DNA of 64,000 nt from Tricharina praecox. Its lineage: Eukaryota. The position numbers and the translations under genes are program-made. Location: NCBI RefSeq assembly GCF_024521635.1, contig NW_026250414.1, positions 372,001 through 436,000 of the forward strand. The letters are read 5' to 3'. The notes beneath the pieces were generated by a model. That model was not told the origin of the DNA, ran no database searches, and worked only from the letters and a program-made list of their open reading frames with translations. Positions 1-13,925 of the stretch are shown one piece after another (the first letter of the stretch is position 1; the number at the start of each line of letters is the position of its first letter).

Positions 1-3000
1 AGGTGGCAGCAAGAGCGGCGTCGGTCTCGACGGTGTTCTCTGTCGCAGCAGATAGTTCCACCGCTGCACAAAGTGCCGAGTCAGGTCCCTAGCCGGCTGT
101 CCGACAATCTGCATATGGATATCGTGCCACGGCATTCTGGGGACCAGGTTGCGGTCATACATGTCTTCGTAGGGTTTGTCCAGATTGAAGAAATCCTGCA
201 CACGAGGGTTCGAGTAGTCCTTTCCGGGCCATAGCTGGAAGCTGTCTGGATCGGCGTTGGCGCTTCCCTCTTCGAATCCACTGGGCCTATTGTCCATCAC
301 TGAATGCTGCGGTGTATCCCAACGGCCAAAACATAGATCGATACCACCGACGAATGCGATCATGTGATCCACAACCAGAATCTTCTCGTGATGGGCCCAG
401 AAAAAGGTGTTCTGCCTGATCTGGTTGGGTGATCGCTGGACGTAGATGTTGGGGTGCAGATCCAGCAGCGAGTATTTGGTATAGACCGAGTCGATAGGGA
501 TGGCCGCGCCGATATTCCGGTAGACTATCACAAAGATTTTGACTCCCTCCTGAGCCTTCTTCTGCAAGAGTCGGTCCAGTCGCCATTTCTGAGATACCGC
601 TGCCGGTCGCCTCAAATACTGGTCACAAAATAAGTCAGTATATCGCACCGGTGTTTCGAGTGAGACTACCAAAGACGCACCAGCTCGGGGGAAAGCCACC
701 AATCGTGAATATAAATCACGTCTTTGGCCATACTGATGGCTCTGCTAACATTCCAAAAGTAATCTCTGCCATCCACCAGCCACTGTGCAAAGACACCTTT
801 CCGCACAGGTGCAAAACTCTCGAATCTTTGCGGTCGTGACCATAGAGTGTTCTCCTTCATAAAATCCATGCTCTGCTGGAACTGCTGGAGCTGCCGCTCA
901 TTCTTAGCAAGTAGCTTTACTCTCCGCTCGTGGTTCTGCACGGTCAGACGGTGGTGCTGCGGTCTGGCAGGGTTAGTTGCAGATACAGGCTCGTCTTTGA
1001 GCATCTTAAGGATCCGCTTAGTGTCCACCGAAAAGGCAGAATCTACAAGAAACACATCATAGATATTCATTTCTTCTGGCGAATCGACGCAAACGATGTA
1101 GGAATGCCGGACCAAGAACCACTTTGGTGCATGGCGCCTGGCTACCTGCGAAGGATTCCACGGCCGTTTGAAGTCACTACCTTTCGCCGACCGAATGATC
1201 AGGTATCCCTCCTTTCCATGATAGGATCCTTCCGCAGCAAGCCTAACACCGAGCGCCGACAGTTCCAAGAACTTGCAGAGCCGGTTCGAGTCGGGCCGGA
1301 AAATCATCTGCTGGATGAGACGTCTAATATAATCCTCCAGCTGTCGTCTCTGCTGCATGTTGAAACCCTCCCGCTTCTGCATGGCCTGCTGGACGACAGG
1401 ACCCGCAGCCGCGGTGGCGGCAGCAATACCTGCAGCGATACCGGCGGACATCGCGTGCTCGATGTCGTCGACCGTAGTGGACATCCTCCTCGCGGGTGGC
1501 CGCTTCTTTTTCCCGGTCCCCTGATCAGCGGGTCCCTGGATAGTCGCATCCGTTTGTGTTCTCGATATGCCACCAATGCCACTAATGCCCTCCTCCCCGG
1601 ATTCATCGTCGCTTCCCAAGCCTCTGACACCCCTGAGGTAGGGGATAGTGCTCCTCGGGAATTTCGGTAGTTTGTGGCCCTCTCCTCCACCGGTGAATGT
1701 TGTGCTACTAACATCTGCCAACCGGTACCGGGAGTGCAAGTTGAAGAAGTCGCGAAACTCTCTATGGATGACCCACTTCATCCTCGTCAAGCCGCTGCCA
1801 TATTCCAGCTCCAATCGGAATGTAGTTTGCGCTCGCCCAGCACCCTTCTGGGAATGAGTTGAGTCCGTGATCTGCACCTTGAGCTGCTCGAGCAATATGG
1901 GAATCCTTCGGTGCCCGTGTTCGTCCCGCTGAAACATACTCGCGAGAATTACAGCGGCAGGAGTAGCAGCCGAAAGCTCCGCCACCAGCTCGGCCGATTT
2001 CTGCTTGTCGATCTTGGATTCCTCCTTCTGTTTCCTTCCAATCATGCGAATCCCAGCCTTGAGAGCCTTCCACTTCGCTGCAGAGTCCCTGTAAGTGGGC
2101 ATGTACGATGGCCTCTCTCCGTCCGTAGACCGGCGCTTCGTGACCCTGTTCCTAAACGATGACCGACGAGAAAAGTTGTACCTCCTCGACCGATCGGTAT
2201 CGTTCCCATCGTCGCCGGTAAGCGTTGCACGCCGTCGCATCCTGCCCCCGCCAAGTCTCGGCGTGGTTGGAGCGCTCATCGCGCCGCTTCTCGCATCGGG
2301 ACTGAACGACCTTCGGCGATTTGGCAGACCCTCCGAGTCCGCGCCGTCGTCCAGGTATCCACCATCACTGGCAGCGTACGGTGGGCGAGGGGTGTCGGGC
2401 GTGAAAGGACTGTCGGCATCACCGACACTATCGACCGTCCAACCCGATTGCGACCTGCCGTGAGTAGTAGATCCACCAAAATTCTTAAGCCGTTGGAAGA
2501 AGCTAGGTCGTTTGTTCGCAGTGGGAGTCTCGAGATCTTCGCCGGCCGAGTAGTCTTCCCCGGACGGTCTCGTTCCCGATTGGAAGAGGACGCTCCGCCT
2601 TGAGCGCGGAGTCGATGCGCCGCCGCCAAAGTCCATCTCGTCACCGCCGTCGACCGAAGCGGTGGAGCCGTTTTGGGCGCCTCCAAAGAAATTAGTTCTG
2701 CGCCATCGCCCACGTGTATTGTTGTTTGAGGGTCCGGCCGCGCTGCTCTCCCCTGGCGAGCCTCCTCCTGCTCCTCCTGCCCATGCTGTGGTAGACCCAG
2801 AACCGGCCGAATTGCGACGAGTCTGCACGGTGGATTCATCGTCCGATGCCCCGTCGTCCTTCCATCGCGGCGAGTAGTGAGATGACGACGGCCGCGACCT
2901 GTACCCCTGCTCTTCGATGGCGGCGGGTATCGGTGGGGGTGGTTCCATCTCCTCCAGCTGCGACAAGTTCCGTGAGATCCTCCGGGGAAGGGGCGACGGC

Positions 3001-3143
3001 TCGAGGGAGGTCAGGTTCGCGTTGGGATTCGGTTTCTTGGTAGACGCCCCATTCGCATGCGAACTGGACCTTTTGGAGATATTCGTAGTGTTGAGGGTGA
3101 TCGGAGGTAGAAGACCGCGATTGTTCTTGACATTGGTCGACAT
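1..3143 (-). CDS. PLD1: Phospholipase D1 (Spo14/PLD1 family); 5' part only, gene continues past window start; intron 619-680
   Basis: ATG at 3143 (MSTNVKNN). PX-like (WVIHREFRDFFNLH) and PH-like (KWFLVRHSYIVCVD) regions, then WLVDGRDYFW and IHDWWLSPEL. After a GT..CTGAC..AG intron (680-619) the frame reads YLRRPA...FWAHHEKILVVD (first HKD motif)...GGIDLCFGRWDT. Confidence 0.95.
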
Positions 3144-6100
3144 CCTTGCGGAGAGCCGAAAGCGGCCGATACGTTTGTTGGGAGGATAATGGTGGTGACA
3201 AAGGTGGTGGTGGGTGGTGGTTGGCTTGCGCGAGGACTGGCTGTCGACCTGCTTCTGCTGCTGTAAGGTGCAGCTGGGCTTAGCAACGAACGAACAACAC
3301 ACGCAAACAATGCCAACTTCTCACACGGGGACAACTTTAATTATTTTCTGGTCGTGTGCCCCAGCCCAGCTTCTATGCGGAAAGCTGTGCTACAGTACAG
3401 CTGAAGCTCATGGATCCACACAGGAATGGGAGTTTTTTCTGCAACCAGGGGGAAAGGGACAAATCAAGGATATGGATGGGAAAGTGTGGGATATCCACAA
3501 GACCGATGAGGGCTGAACGCGGGAAAGAATGCGCTGTGATGGATAGAAGGGGGATGAGATAGAATAGACTCGTATGCGTCACGCCGAAGAGGGGGTGGAT
3601 ACGAAATCGACAGTAAAAAAGGAGTGACGTTGGTGAAGGACCAAGATGCGGGATGTAGAGTCGATGGAGCACACACTGGGGCACGTACGTAGAGTGCCTG
3701 TATAGCAGCCGCGTGGGGATGGCGTTCGGAGCAGCAGCAGAGGACTATTCCGTCGGTATGTAGAGGTATGGAGAGGTTCAGTGGTCGAGGAGACTCTGCC
3801 TCCGTTCGGACGCGAAAAAAAGAGTCGTGTCGTGTAGATTCGATAGTTAGCTAGAGCAAAGCAAGTACCTGGCGAGTACTCTACTCTGCAGAGGGTAGCA
3901 CAACACAAGTCGATGAAAGTGCGGATCCCTGACAACGCGCATTGGCGGGCCATGTTACGTTGGCGGTGGAATTGAGGGTACTTGGCACGTCTCCCTTGCA
4001 GGCCAGGCCCACCCACGGGTCTCACAAAACACATGATGCCGCCTGCATCCTTTCGCCCCCGGCCGACAAACCGTGGTATGTATCTATATCTACTGTACAT
4101 ACCCGCGTCGACATGTTTCCCGGTATACATACAGAACTCTACTGTACATTCTCGCTTGAGGGGGGGGCAGCAGCGGCCACTCTTCAGGAAACCGTTCAGG
4201 AGCACTTTTGTCGCTTGGGCCTTCGGATGAGTAAGTGACTAGAGCAAATATAAAAAAGTTTGCACATGGCGGCATGGCGTACGCGTGTGTGGTTCTATGT
4301 AGAGTAGAGTAGGTAGGGAATCAACACAGCCCCCGAGAAGGTGCCATGGCGTCTTATGTACTCTATTCTTCCGCCGAGTCTGAGCCCACCGTAATTAATT
4401 GCAATTCCTCGGCCCAAGGGCAAAACCACCTTGGCCGCAGTCAACAGCTCGACGACTCCGGCTCGGACCCTTGGCGCCGAGCTGCGACGTTCCGTTCTCT
4501 GGCGGTACATGGTAGGTACTCTACCCCTGTACTCTATGTATCGCTGTCAAACCCCGCGCCTGTTTCGTGCGCGATTCGCGAATACCTTCACGTGCATGTA
4601 CTTTACATATTACCCAGAGTTGCTACTCTAACATATCCACCTATCGCGTTCGAAACCGGTAGATACCGACCAGATGACCACCCTCGAACTGCGACGATCG
4701 ACAAAGACCGGCCAGATCTTGCCCGGTTTTGTCCTGGAGAGACACTGCAATCATCGCTGTGAATTTGTCTCGTGGTGGGAATTTCAGGATCTCGAAAGGC
4801 GAAAGGGGCTGTGTAGAGCATGGTTATCGAGAAATCGAGAAATCGAGAAATCGGCACTGTTCGGTCATAATTATCGAGGTTCCTGGGAATTCGTATGTAC
4901 TCTAAAGGCTACCTATGAAGATTAGAGTTTTGTACCAAGAACAGCCAATAAGTCGTGCCTCATCACCATTACGAATTGTAAGCGCAAGCTGAGGCACCAC
5001 TTACCCTTACATTAGCTGGCCATTCAGCTGAGCTGAGCAGGGGGAAGGATGGTGGATGGAGCACGGTATATCACTCGGGAAAGTTCCAAGTGCACTCGGA
5101 ATTTTGTCTCACGGCGGGGTAATGCAACCGGGAAGGATGAATGAAGACTTCAAGCCAAGGTTGTGTCGAGCTTGCTATTGAGTGGAGTATAGTAATGCGA
5201 GCGCTACAGTTGCAACGGCTCCTGGTTCCATTCAATGCGTGACTGACACACATCACTAACTTTCGACGATAACCTTCCATTCAATCTCCCGCCACGGAAA
5301 AAAGAATCACCGCTTGACCTAGTGATTACGCACCCTCCATCGGGAGGTAGATCACCTAAAAACAGCCTAACCACCAAGGTTTTAAAGCTATCCACTAGGG
5401 ATGGTGAAGGTTTTTGTTTTTGCCGTGGTTCCCCACCAAGCTTGTGCACTGGATGTCACTCGCCGAGCGCTAATTTATGAGTCGAATCCGGATGAGAACG
5501 TATAAAGATTTATTGCCATGATTTAGATCGGTCGCACGCAATCAATGAATGAACAAAAAAAGAATAAAAAGAACGTATAAAGACAGTATAATCAACCATT
5601 GTCGTAGGTCTGCACTAGACCATTGAGTCGCCCTCCATCAGCACTGCCATCACACTTTACTGGCCCATTATGAACTTTGCCATGCACTCAACGCTGAACA
5701 GGTACGAGCATGTTAACTTAGGGTTTTTTAAACATAACACGGTGAAAAATCCTACGCCTACGCCTTTGACTTTAAGTTGTGTTCATGCGTAATGCGTAAT
5801 GCGTATGATATGTCTCGTCTGCTGGATGGCTGGGCAGTTGGCTACGTTGTTTCATAGGGCTAGTAGAGTTTGGGTGAAATGATTGCTCATACACGCCAGG
5901 AATCCACTTGTCCGTCTGGTACGCAGGCTGGGGTTACGGATATGTACCTCTCATCAGTTCTAATCCGTCTGCAAGCGTAACTGCGAGAGATAGCCTGAAT
6001 CTGGCTGATGCTTTGCCCTCGTCTGCTGTAGACTGTAGTCAATCTGATCGAAGAGGGGATGTAAGCGTTCGTTCCATAAGCTCCAAGCCGCTTGGAACAA

Positions 6101-6705
6101 CACAACTAACACATCTGCTCAATGCTCACCTGTGTCGGTCGAAAATGAATCTCGAGCATTCCAAGAACGAGAGGGAGGGAGAGAACCGAGTGATGTGATT
6201 CAGCCTTGAACTGCCTGCGAACCCGTTACCGAGCTGCCCGACCAACTTGTCACCAAGCTATCTTATGAACCCGACCTCGACCCTTGGAACGGATTTCTCG
6301 TGTATTCGAGATCGTTAAAAGCGCACTATTTTAAGTTGCTACATATGAGGGTCCCAGAGCTGGGAAGTTCCAAGGGTCTTCTTTCACATGATATGACACT
6401 ACGCCGCCCCCAGCCCACCAAGCGAAAACTTAAAGTTTAAACGCACTCAGCAGGAGGAAAAGTTCGGTTCTGCCCAGCTCTGATCTGGGACCTTTCAAAC
6501 AGTCTTCAGTATCCGCAGATACTATCGAGAAGCAACTCTGTATGGTGACTACTAGAGTACACCGCAGAACCATTGGATGTTACCGTCACAAGAAACTTCG
6601 ATTTGCTCTGATTGCTGGCACTGAGCTGGCTATCTACCTAGTGGACCCTTCTGACGAACAGGCTGCTCGACGAACTCAGCACCGAGTGCCTGACGAACCC
6701 GACGC

Positions 6706-8329
6706 CAGTGTTATACACAGTCCGGTCCAGACGGACTGGACGGAATTAATCCCGTCCCGTCTCTTCCGTTCCTTTTTCGGACGGGATACAAGTTGTCCGT
6801 CCCGTCCCGTCCGCAGTTTCGCTGGACGAGGCTGGACTGTAGTCCGGCAGTGCAAAAACCTTCCAATCTTTCCAGCACATACCCGCCCATCAAGTCTACG
6901 GGACCGAACGTATCTGGCTCCCGAGTCCCAGCCAACATAATGAGAGCATTACCATGATATGGGGGCCGCATTCAACTTCCGGGGAGTCGGGGACCGAGTT
7001 GTTGATGTTGTTCAATCAGTGCCTTCGATAGTCCAGTTCAGTCCGGCAGGCGGCGTGGACTGGACTGGACTGGGCAGTCTGTGCAACTGGTAGGGCTGGA
7101 CGAACCGCAGTCGACTGGATGGACTGGTACTACTTTGAATGGAAAATATTTGAATTCACTAATGAACTTTTTGTAAACGTCTATGTACATACAGCTATTG
7201 CAGATCCTCTTCGCACAGCGCATTGAGGATAGTTTCCATCTCCTTGACATGGCCCTTTGTAGCAGCTACGTACAAGACTATCTCGTTGCCGAATTTCGAG
7301 ACACTCCAGGCCCTTCAGTGTGTCCTCAGTACTCACCCATTCTGCAGCGACGATGAGAGAGTGTGTGATTTTAGCCCCACTAAAACTCCTTCCGGCTCTG
7401 CTCTCATGGCGGAAATGCTCAAATAGGTGCTCGCGGGCCATTCTAACGAGATCTTTCTAGCAAGGTTCGTGGGATTTATTCGGCGAGTACCTACTACACC
7501 ACATTATCGATGGAATCGCATGGAGGCGGTTCCTGCTGGAAAACATCCATCATACCGATCTTTATTCAGACGACGGTGCGGTAGGAGATGGAGAGCTGGC
7601 ATGGTACGAAAAGAGAACCTGTGATAGGTTGAAAGAGTGATGCCCGCTAGCCACATAGTTCGACCCAAAAAATTCAGAAAGTGGCAGTCTGTCAGTCGAC
7701 TGCAGTCGACTGCAGTCCAAGACGGCAAATCTTTGGGATGGACTGGATTCAAACCGTCCTCCAATTTTATCGACTGGACTGGACTGATGTAAGTGGTCCT
7801 TCTAGTCCGGACCGCCATCCGGACTGGACTAATCCGGAGCACTGTGTTCAATATGTCTGTTATGTAAAATTGTTGGAACCACAATGGAGCGACCTTGCGC
7901 GGGTCAAATATAAGAGGATGTTTTGGCTGATAATGTTTGATTATTCCACAGTCTCTCCGGACCGGAGGTCCTCTATATATACAGAATCTCTCGCTCCATA
8001 CGTCATGATAGCATACCGTTGATATGCCGAGTACTCGGCCGACCGATGACGATGCTCGCTGATATATCGCCAGTCGGATTTCTTGCCGTCTGTCAGCATT
8101 GCTGCAATTGTGATATACATTACGGACCTCCAACTCTGACAGCGCGAATGGCTCTCAACAACCTCACTGACATGCTTGGCAGTCGATTGCAGTCCGTCCC
8201 GTCCGACCTTGCCGGTGGACTATGTAGGTAGTCCGTCCAGCACACCTCCGGACGGACTGGATGTATGTAGTCCGCAGTCCCGTCCATGAGTCCGGACGGA
8301 CGGGACTGGACTACCTATGTAGAACACTG
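6706..8329. mobile_element. Degenerate hAT-like non-autonomous DNA transposon relic
   Basis: Imperfect terminal inverted repeats CAGTGTTATACACAG (6706) / reverse complement CAGTGTTCTACATAG (8329). Four clusters of GGACT/AGTCC/GGACG subterminal motifs. Possible hAT C-terminal dimerisation remnant at 7280-7426. No 8-bp TSD found. Confidence 0.5.
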
Positions 8330-10624
8330 CAGCCCTCTTCATAGCCCGGCGGAACCTTTGGTTCCCAGATCCGCCCATTCCATGTAGACCGGCGCTTGAG
8401 GATAGCGCCAAAGCATTCCATTCCGTTGCCACCAGCACTCCTGGGCGTTGGCGGGAAAATTGTAAGATCCAGTTCTCTGTTGGGAAGTTTCCGGCGGTGG
8501 GGCGACGAGTGAGATGAACCCATGGATGGTTCAATGGCGGTGATGGCGATTGCCACCCAAACGACCTGTTTTGGTAGTTCGAGGAGATGGAGATATGTAA
8601 GTAAGTGACGCAGGTACGGTGGAAGCTAAAGGTTGTGGAGGATTCTTCGTTGTCGACCTTGGGTGCGTGAGCTTGGTCGTTGTACGCGGTTCACTTACAT
8701 ACTTGATTTTTGATGTGCGGTTGCCTGCTCGTGAACCTGAACCGAAGTCCAGCCCGGACTTCGAACGTGCGTGCCATTCCACGATCAGGCTGAGATCGAC
8801 GCAAGATCTGATCTAGCGATCTAATCTGATCTGGCCCAGGCTAGTCAATATAGGTACTCACGACGTCGTCTCTCACCGACTGTAGTCTGTTCGTCGTTCG
8901 ACCGTTCGTTGCACCCGAGCATGTCCCCCCGTCCACCCCCCCGAACCCACTCCTCGAAAAACCAAGCTCGGATGCACTGTGGATGCAGCAAGGAATGACT
9001 TTATCTCCTCCGCGATCCTAGCAACCTGCCGGAACGGACGCACCGCGGCCACCCACATCCCTACCGCTGACGTCGTTGCTAGACGAGCTTTCATTGGCGC
9101 CGTCTTAGGCCTCGTCAACAGGTCTCAGGACTCAACGGTTTCGGAATCCGTCAAGTCGGCGTGTGCTCACTTCTCAGGCACGATTGGGGAATTGGGATCC
9201 CCTTAGAGCGGCGGAGAAACATGAAGGAGGCAGAGTTTGATCGGTTTGAGGATGGGAAACCACTACCACCACTATATCGATCGACATGCTGCAGTGCAGA
9301 GAGTGTGTGTGCGCGAGAGTGTCGGTGTTTTCGCTGGACGCAGAAGGCCACGACGATCGATACCGAGTGCGAACTCTGCAACAAGGAAGAACGGTGATTC
9401 CTTTCCCCGGTGGGACCCCCACTGGCTGTGATTGGGTCGCTGTGCCCGGCAACAGGAACATCTTCACCACTTCGAGGCTTACAAGTGTCTCCTATCACAG
9501 CCGACGGGTGGGGGGGCTCCACTGCTCTAGGAAATTCATCAGTCATCATCTGACACGGCGTCCCTTGCCAGCGGGTGGGAGTTCCCCAAACGTACCCAAT
9601 TGCCGTGGGAGGAGGGAGAGGGGGAAGGGACATGGATCTCATCAGGAGCTGGGCAGGGAGCAGTGCGGTGAGAACTCTACACCACCTACCGCGGCACACC
9701 GGCATCTGAGATGACGGGCTTGTGCTTCAACCGCGACGATAACGGCTCTTAGGTACTCTTCCCTTGTGGCCGGCACAACACAGAGTAGGTACCGTAGAGT
9801 GCCCATGGCGAGCGAGCCCGCTAGCTCTGCATTCGGTGGAAGGGCCAAGCATTGCTGTATCCTCCGCCTATCTTCGTCGATCCGAATCAAATTCTGCCGC
9901 AAACTGCAGCTACGTTCCTGCCGATGCTACCGGCCGGCCAGTGGTGTCGACATCACCCAATACCGACGACATAACTCGCCGGCCGCTGTTGGTGTCATCT
10001 GCATGCAGCGCGTGGGGAAATTTGAGAGGGGGGGAGGGGGCAAGGTGGAAGGGCGAGGGGGGATTGGAGGAAGGACCTACCCCATACCTTCTAGAACGAA
10101 ATTCTCCGTTCGGCCCGCATCCACTAAGCCCGCCAGGTCTCAGACGAACGTTGTTTGCTGTCCCTTCGCTGTCCGTTAGAGATATTTTTTTTCTTTTCGG
10201 TCCGTACGTACGCGTGCTGGGGGGACGTGGTTCCACGGATGATGCCGGTGCAGTGGGGGAAGAGGGGGTGGAGTGGGGAGTGGAGAGTGGAGAGGGGGGG
10301 TGAACCTGCAGCTTGGCCCTGCCGATTATCGTGGCCCCGTACGTCTAGTTTGTTCGCACGCACCTGCAGCTGGGCCAGCTTCCCTCTTTTTTCGTTGGCA
10401 GCCACAAGCGACCGAACATGGGAGAGGTGGAGAAGCCGCGCTGAAGATCCACCATGGCTGTCGGAAATATAAACCCCTTCCCCCGCCGCTTCAACCAGTT
10501 GTTGCCACCACAGTATTCGAGCATTCATATTCAGATCTCACGACGATCACCACATCACTCGCCACCACCAACCAAAAAACCTCCAAATAAAAACCCATAC
10601 ATTGCACAATACAACACAGCGATC

Positions 10625-11020
10625 ATGTCTTCTACCACCACCAACACCTCCACCACCTCTACCACCATAAAGTCGACCACAAAACCATCAAACCCTTACG
10701 ATTCGATGCAATCCGGCAATATCTACATGGGCAGCATGAGCGGGTACCTACCTCCTCCTCCTCCTCCCTTCTCCAATCCACCCCCAATTCTAACGCCTTC
10801 GACCTCTAGACTCCACCACCCCGCCGCCGCGCCCTCCTCCTCCGCGCCCCAGGCGCCCCCACGAAGAGGCAGCCACACTGCACACATGCAGCCCAATAAC
10901 CACGCGCACCATTTCAGTCCGCAGCAATACATTGCGAACGCCACCTGGCCTGCCGACATTGGTTCGGGTGGGTACTGTGGGTGGTACTGGAGTGCGCCCA
11001 GCACTACTGTTTCATTATAA
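10625..11020 (+). CDS. Hypothetical small Ser/Thr/Pro-rich protein (131 aa)
   Basis: ATG at 10625 in ATCATGT context after an A/C-rich leader; TATAAA at 10468; T-rich 3'UTR-like sequence follows. No recognisable domain. Confidence 0.45.
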   Translation: MSSTTTNTSTTSTTIKSTTKPSNPYDSMQSGNIYMGSMSGYLPPPPPPFSNPPPILTPSTSRLHHPAAAPSSSAPQAPPRRGSHTAHMQPNNHAHHFSPQQYIANATWPADIGSGGYCGWYWSAPSTTVSL

Positions 11021-11509
11021 ACGGAAGGGACACAATTATCATGACTGTTACGACCGCTGTTTTTTTTTAATATCACGATTTGAACATACATAGGGAGCGA
11101 GCACAGGTTACTTGCTTACTTGGTTGGTTGGTTGGTTCAGGGAGTTTGATGGAACGGATGGATGGAGTTTTTTTTTTTTGGTTTGGGCTGCTGCTGTACA
11201 TACTATACATACACCTTCTTCTTCTTATATGTCTTATATCATAGATTATGTCGACACTTGACAGTCGTTTTTTACATTCTTTTCTTTTGTCTAATATTTC
11301 TTTGTGGCTTTACATACTATAAATTTTGTTTCTTTTGTTCTATATCTCTTTACAGCTTCAATGGTGTTTTTAGAAAGTCAATATACACATGAACCTTTTT
11401 TTTGAGAACAAAACGTACTGTGGTTAGTCGGTCGGATTCGGTTGCCAAGTGATGCATTGTGATACGGTGTTCTGAATGGGGACGTGTTTTCTTGCTGGAT
11501 GTCAGTGTC

Positions 11510-11682
11510 AATGTCAATAGCCCCTAGAGTAACTACCACCAGGAGAAACATGGAGGGACGTTTGCTGAGTATCAATAGCCACTACTCTAGAGTACTACCA
11601 TCAGGAGAAATGGGGAGATGTTCTGACTGGATGTCAACGTCAATAGCCACTAACCAAGTCGAGTAACTACCACCAGGAAAAA
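11510..11682. repeat. Three imperfect tandem copies (about 60-70 bp) containing TCAATAGCC and GAGTA(A)CTACCAYCAGGA
   Basis: The motif pair recurs near 11513, 11571 and 11640. Confidence 0.65.
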
Positions 11683-12023
11683 TACATCGGCAGATCTTAA
11701 CGGAACATCTTGGTTCCGGGAATAGCTGCTGAGAACATCATAGTTACTCTAGTTACAACCGCCGCGTGAGCCTAGCAGGGGCCATACGTGAGTTGGTGTG
11801 ATTCGTGTCTGATCTGACGCCCGAGGCAACAATGGGACTCTCTAGTTTCAATAGCCCCTACATACTGCAGACCTACTCTAGTCGCCTGCCAACTAGTAAT
11901 GTAATCAGAACTGATACCGAACTCAAAAGTTTACTTGCTGTGTACCTATGTACAAACTCAATGTCCGCTTAAACGATTCAAAGATTCAACCCGCAACCTG
12001 ATGTTACATATACGCCTCTCTCT

Positions 12024-13925
12024 CTAATACCCAACAGCCTGACCATCGCCCCTAGGATCGCTCCCAGCACTCCACACCCTTTGTCCCTCCTCCTCATCCC
12101 ACCCAGCAACGATTACCTGCCCGCGCCCAAACATTCCGCGCCCATACTCCTTCACCACCTCGACGACATGTCCCTTCTCCCTCAGACCCCTGACCGTCTC
12201 CTCGCTAATGCCCTCCTCGACATGGACCACGGGCGCGCCGGGATCATAATTCGAGCCGATGCTAATCCTTGGAGCGTCGAGGGCAGCCTGGGGACTCATA
12301 TTGCAGCGCAGTCCGTTCAGGAGGACCTGCACGTGGCCCTGCGGCTGCATGAACCCTCCCATGACGCCGAAGACAGCCTGCAGTTCGCTTCCGGTGGGAT
12401 CGGTGAGCATACCGGGGATGATGGTGTGGTAGGGGCGCTTCCCGCCCTCGAGCACGTTCGGGTGGTCCGTGAGGAGTGAGAACCCCGCGCCCCGGTTTTG
12501 GAGCACGAAGCCGCAGTCCGCAGGAATGATGCCGGAGCCGAAGCCCCCGAATGTGCTGTTGATGAAGCTGCAGCCGTTGCCGTGGGCGTCGGTTACCGAG
12601 AAGTACACTGTGTCCGTGCTTTGGAAGGCCGGTGTGCCGTGCGAGATGGATGAGTTAGTGGAGCTAGGGGAAAAGAGCGCGGCGCGCGATGCGAGGTAGG
12701 AGGAAGACAGGAGGCCGGACACGGGTACGGGCGAGACGGATGGGTCCGCGATCCACCAATGGCCGTCCGAGAAGGCGATACGGAGGGCTTCGATTACAGC
12801 GTGGAGGTATCTAGATCGATAGTGTTAGCTCGTGCATGGTGAGGAGGGGACAATGGGTGCAAGTACTCAGCCTCGTTGTGGCCATAGCCCTTGTCCCCCA
12901 AACCAAGTGGCTTGATATCCCCACGCTTCTCCATCTCCTCAATAATCCCCAGTGCCATGAGGGCGACAAGTCCCTGGCCGTTGGGCGCACATTCCCAGAC
13001 CTTAGTCCCCGAGAACTCAATTCCAATCGGCACGGTCTTCTCACTTCCCAGCTTCCCATGTCTCTCCAGATCATCCATCTCCATAACACCGCCCCTCTTC
13101 TTCACCGCCTCAACAAGTGCCCTCGCCACCTCACCCTCGTAAAACGCACTTTTCCCCTCCTTGGCCAGCTTCCTAAACACCCTGGCCAATCCGGGCATCT
13201 TCATAATCTCCCCGACCCTCGGCGGCCTCTTTCCGCCCTTCAGCAGCTCCCCGGCATTGTCCGGACTCGCATCGCGGATGGTATGTTCGCACTCCGCCCA
13301 GAACCTTGCGCTCAGCTCACTGACAGGAAACCCCTCCTCAGCCAGCCTGACCGCCTCACCAAACACCTGTTCCATGTGCACCTTCCCGCTCCCAAACTTC
13401 TCTACCACATCGACCCACCCGGCCGCCGCACCGGGCACCGTGACAGCGTGCACATGTCCCATCGGGATCTGCGCCACCTCGTCGCCAAGGTCGTTGACGT
13501 AGCGCTTTCTGCCGCTAAGTCCTAAATCCTTGCGTGCACGGGCGAGGGACAGCGCCGCGGGGGAGCGTCCGGACGCGTTGATACCCCGGATCGTGCGGGT
13601 GGACGCGTTGTAGAACAGGCAGAACACGTCGCCGCCTATGCCGGTGCTCGTGGGCTCGGTAACGTTCAGGGCGGCGGCGACGGCTACGGCCGCATCCTAC
13701 TATTCTCAGTCGAGCGGACGGGAGGGGAGGGGAGCGGAGCGGGGGACTAACAGCGGCGTTGCCGCCATCGCGCAGGATCTTGATCCCCGCCTGTGCGGCC
13801 AGCGGCTGCGTACACGATACGATGCCGTTCGTGCTGTGGACTACTGAGCGCCGGCTGGGGAACGGGACGAATGGTGGCTGCTCCGCTGCGAGCGCGTGCA
13901 GGTTTTTGCGAGCTTGTCCGAACAT
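12024..13925 (-). CDS. Gamma-glutamyltranspeptidase family protein (Ntn hydrolase), 3 exons
   Basis: [80 protein letters not shown], catalytic Thr in [40 protein letters not shown]. First in-frame ATG is at 13925; introns near 13700-13752 and 12811-12866. Confidence 0.92.

Noticed and set aside
3144-3302. N-terminal extension of the PLD ORF (MCCSFV...)
   Set aside because: Non-ATG start in 5'UTR-like sequence; first ATG is at 3143.
4826-4859. (TCGAGAAA)x3 followed by CACTG as a transposon end
   Set aside because: No matching opposite end found in the window.
8900-10450. Short ORFs (8979-9206, 9161-9397, 9642-9902) as a gene
   Set aside because: Could not assemble a consistent spliced model or recognise a domain; may be a decayed gene.
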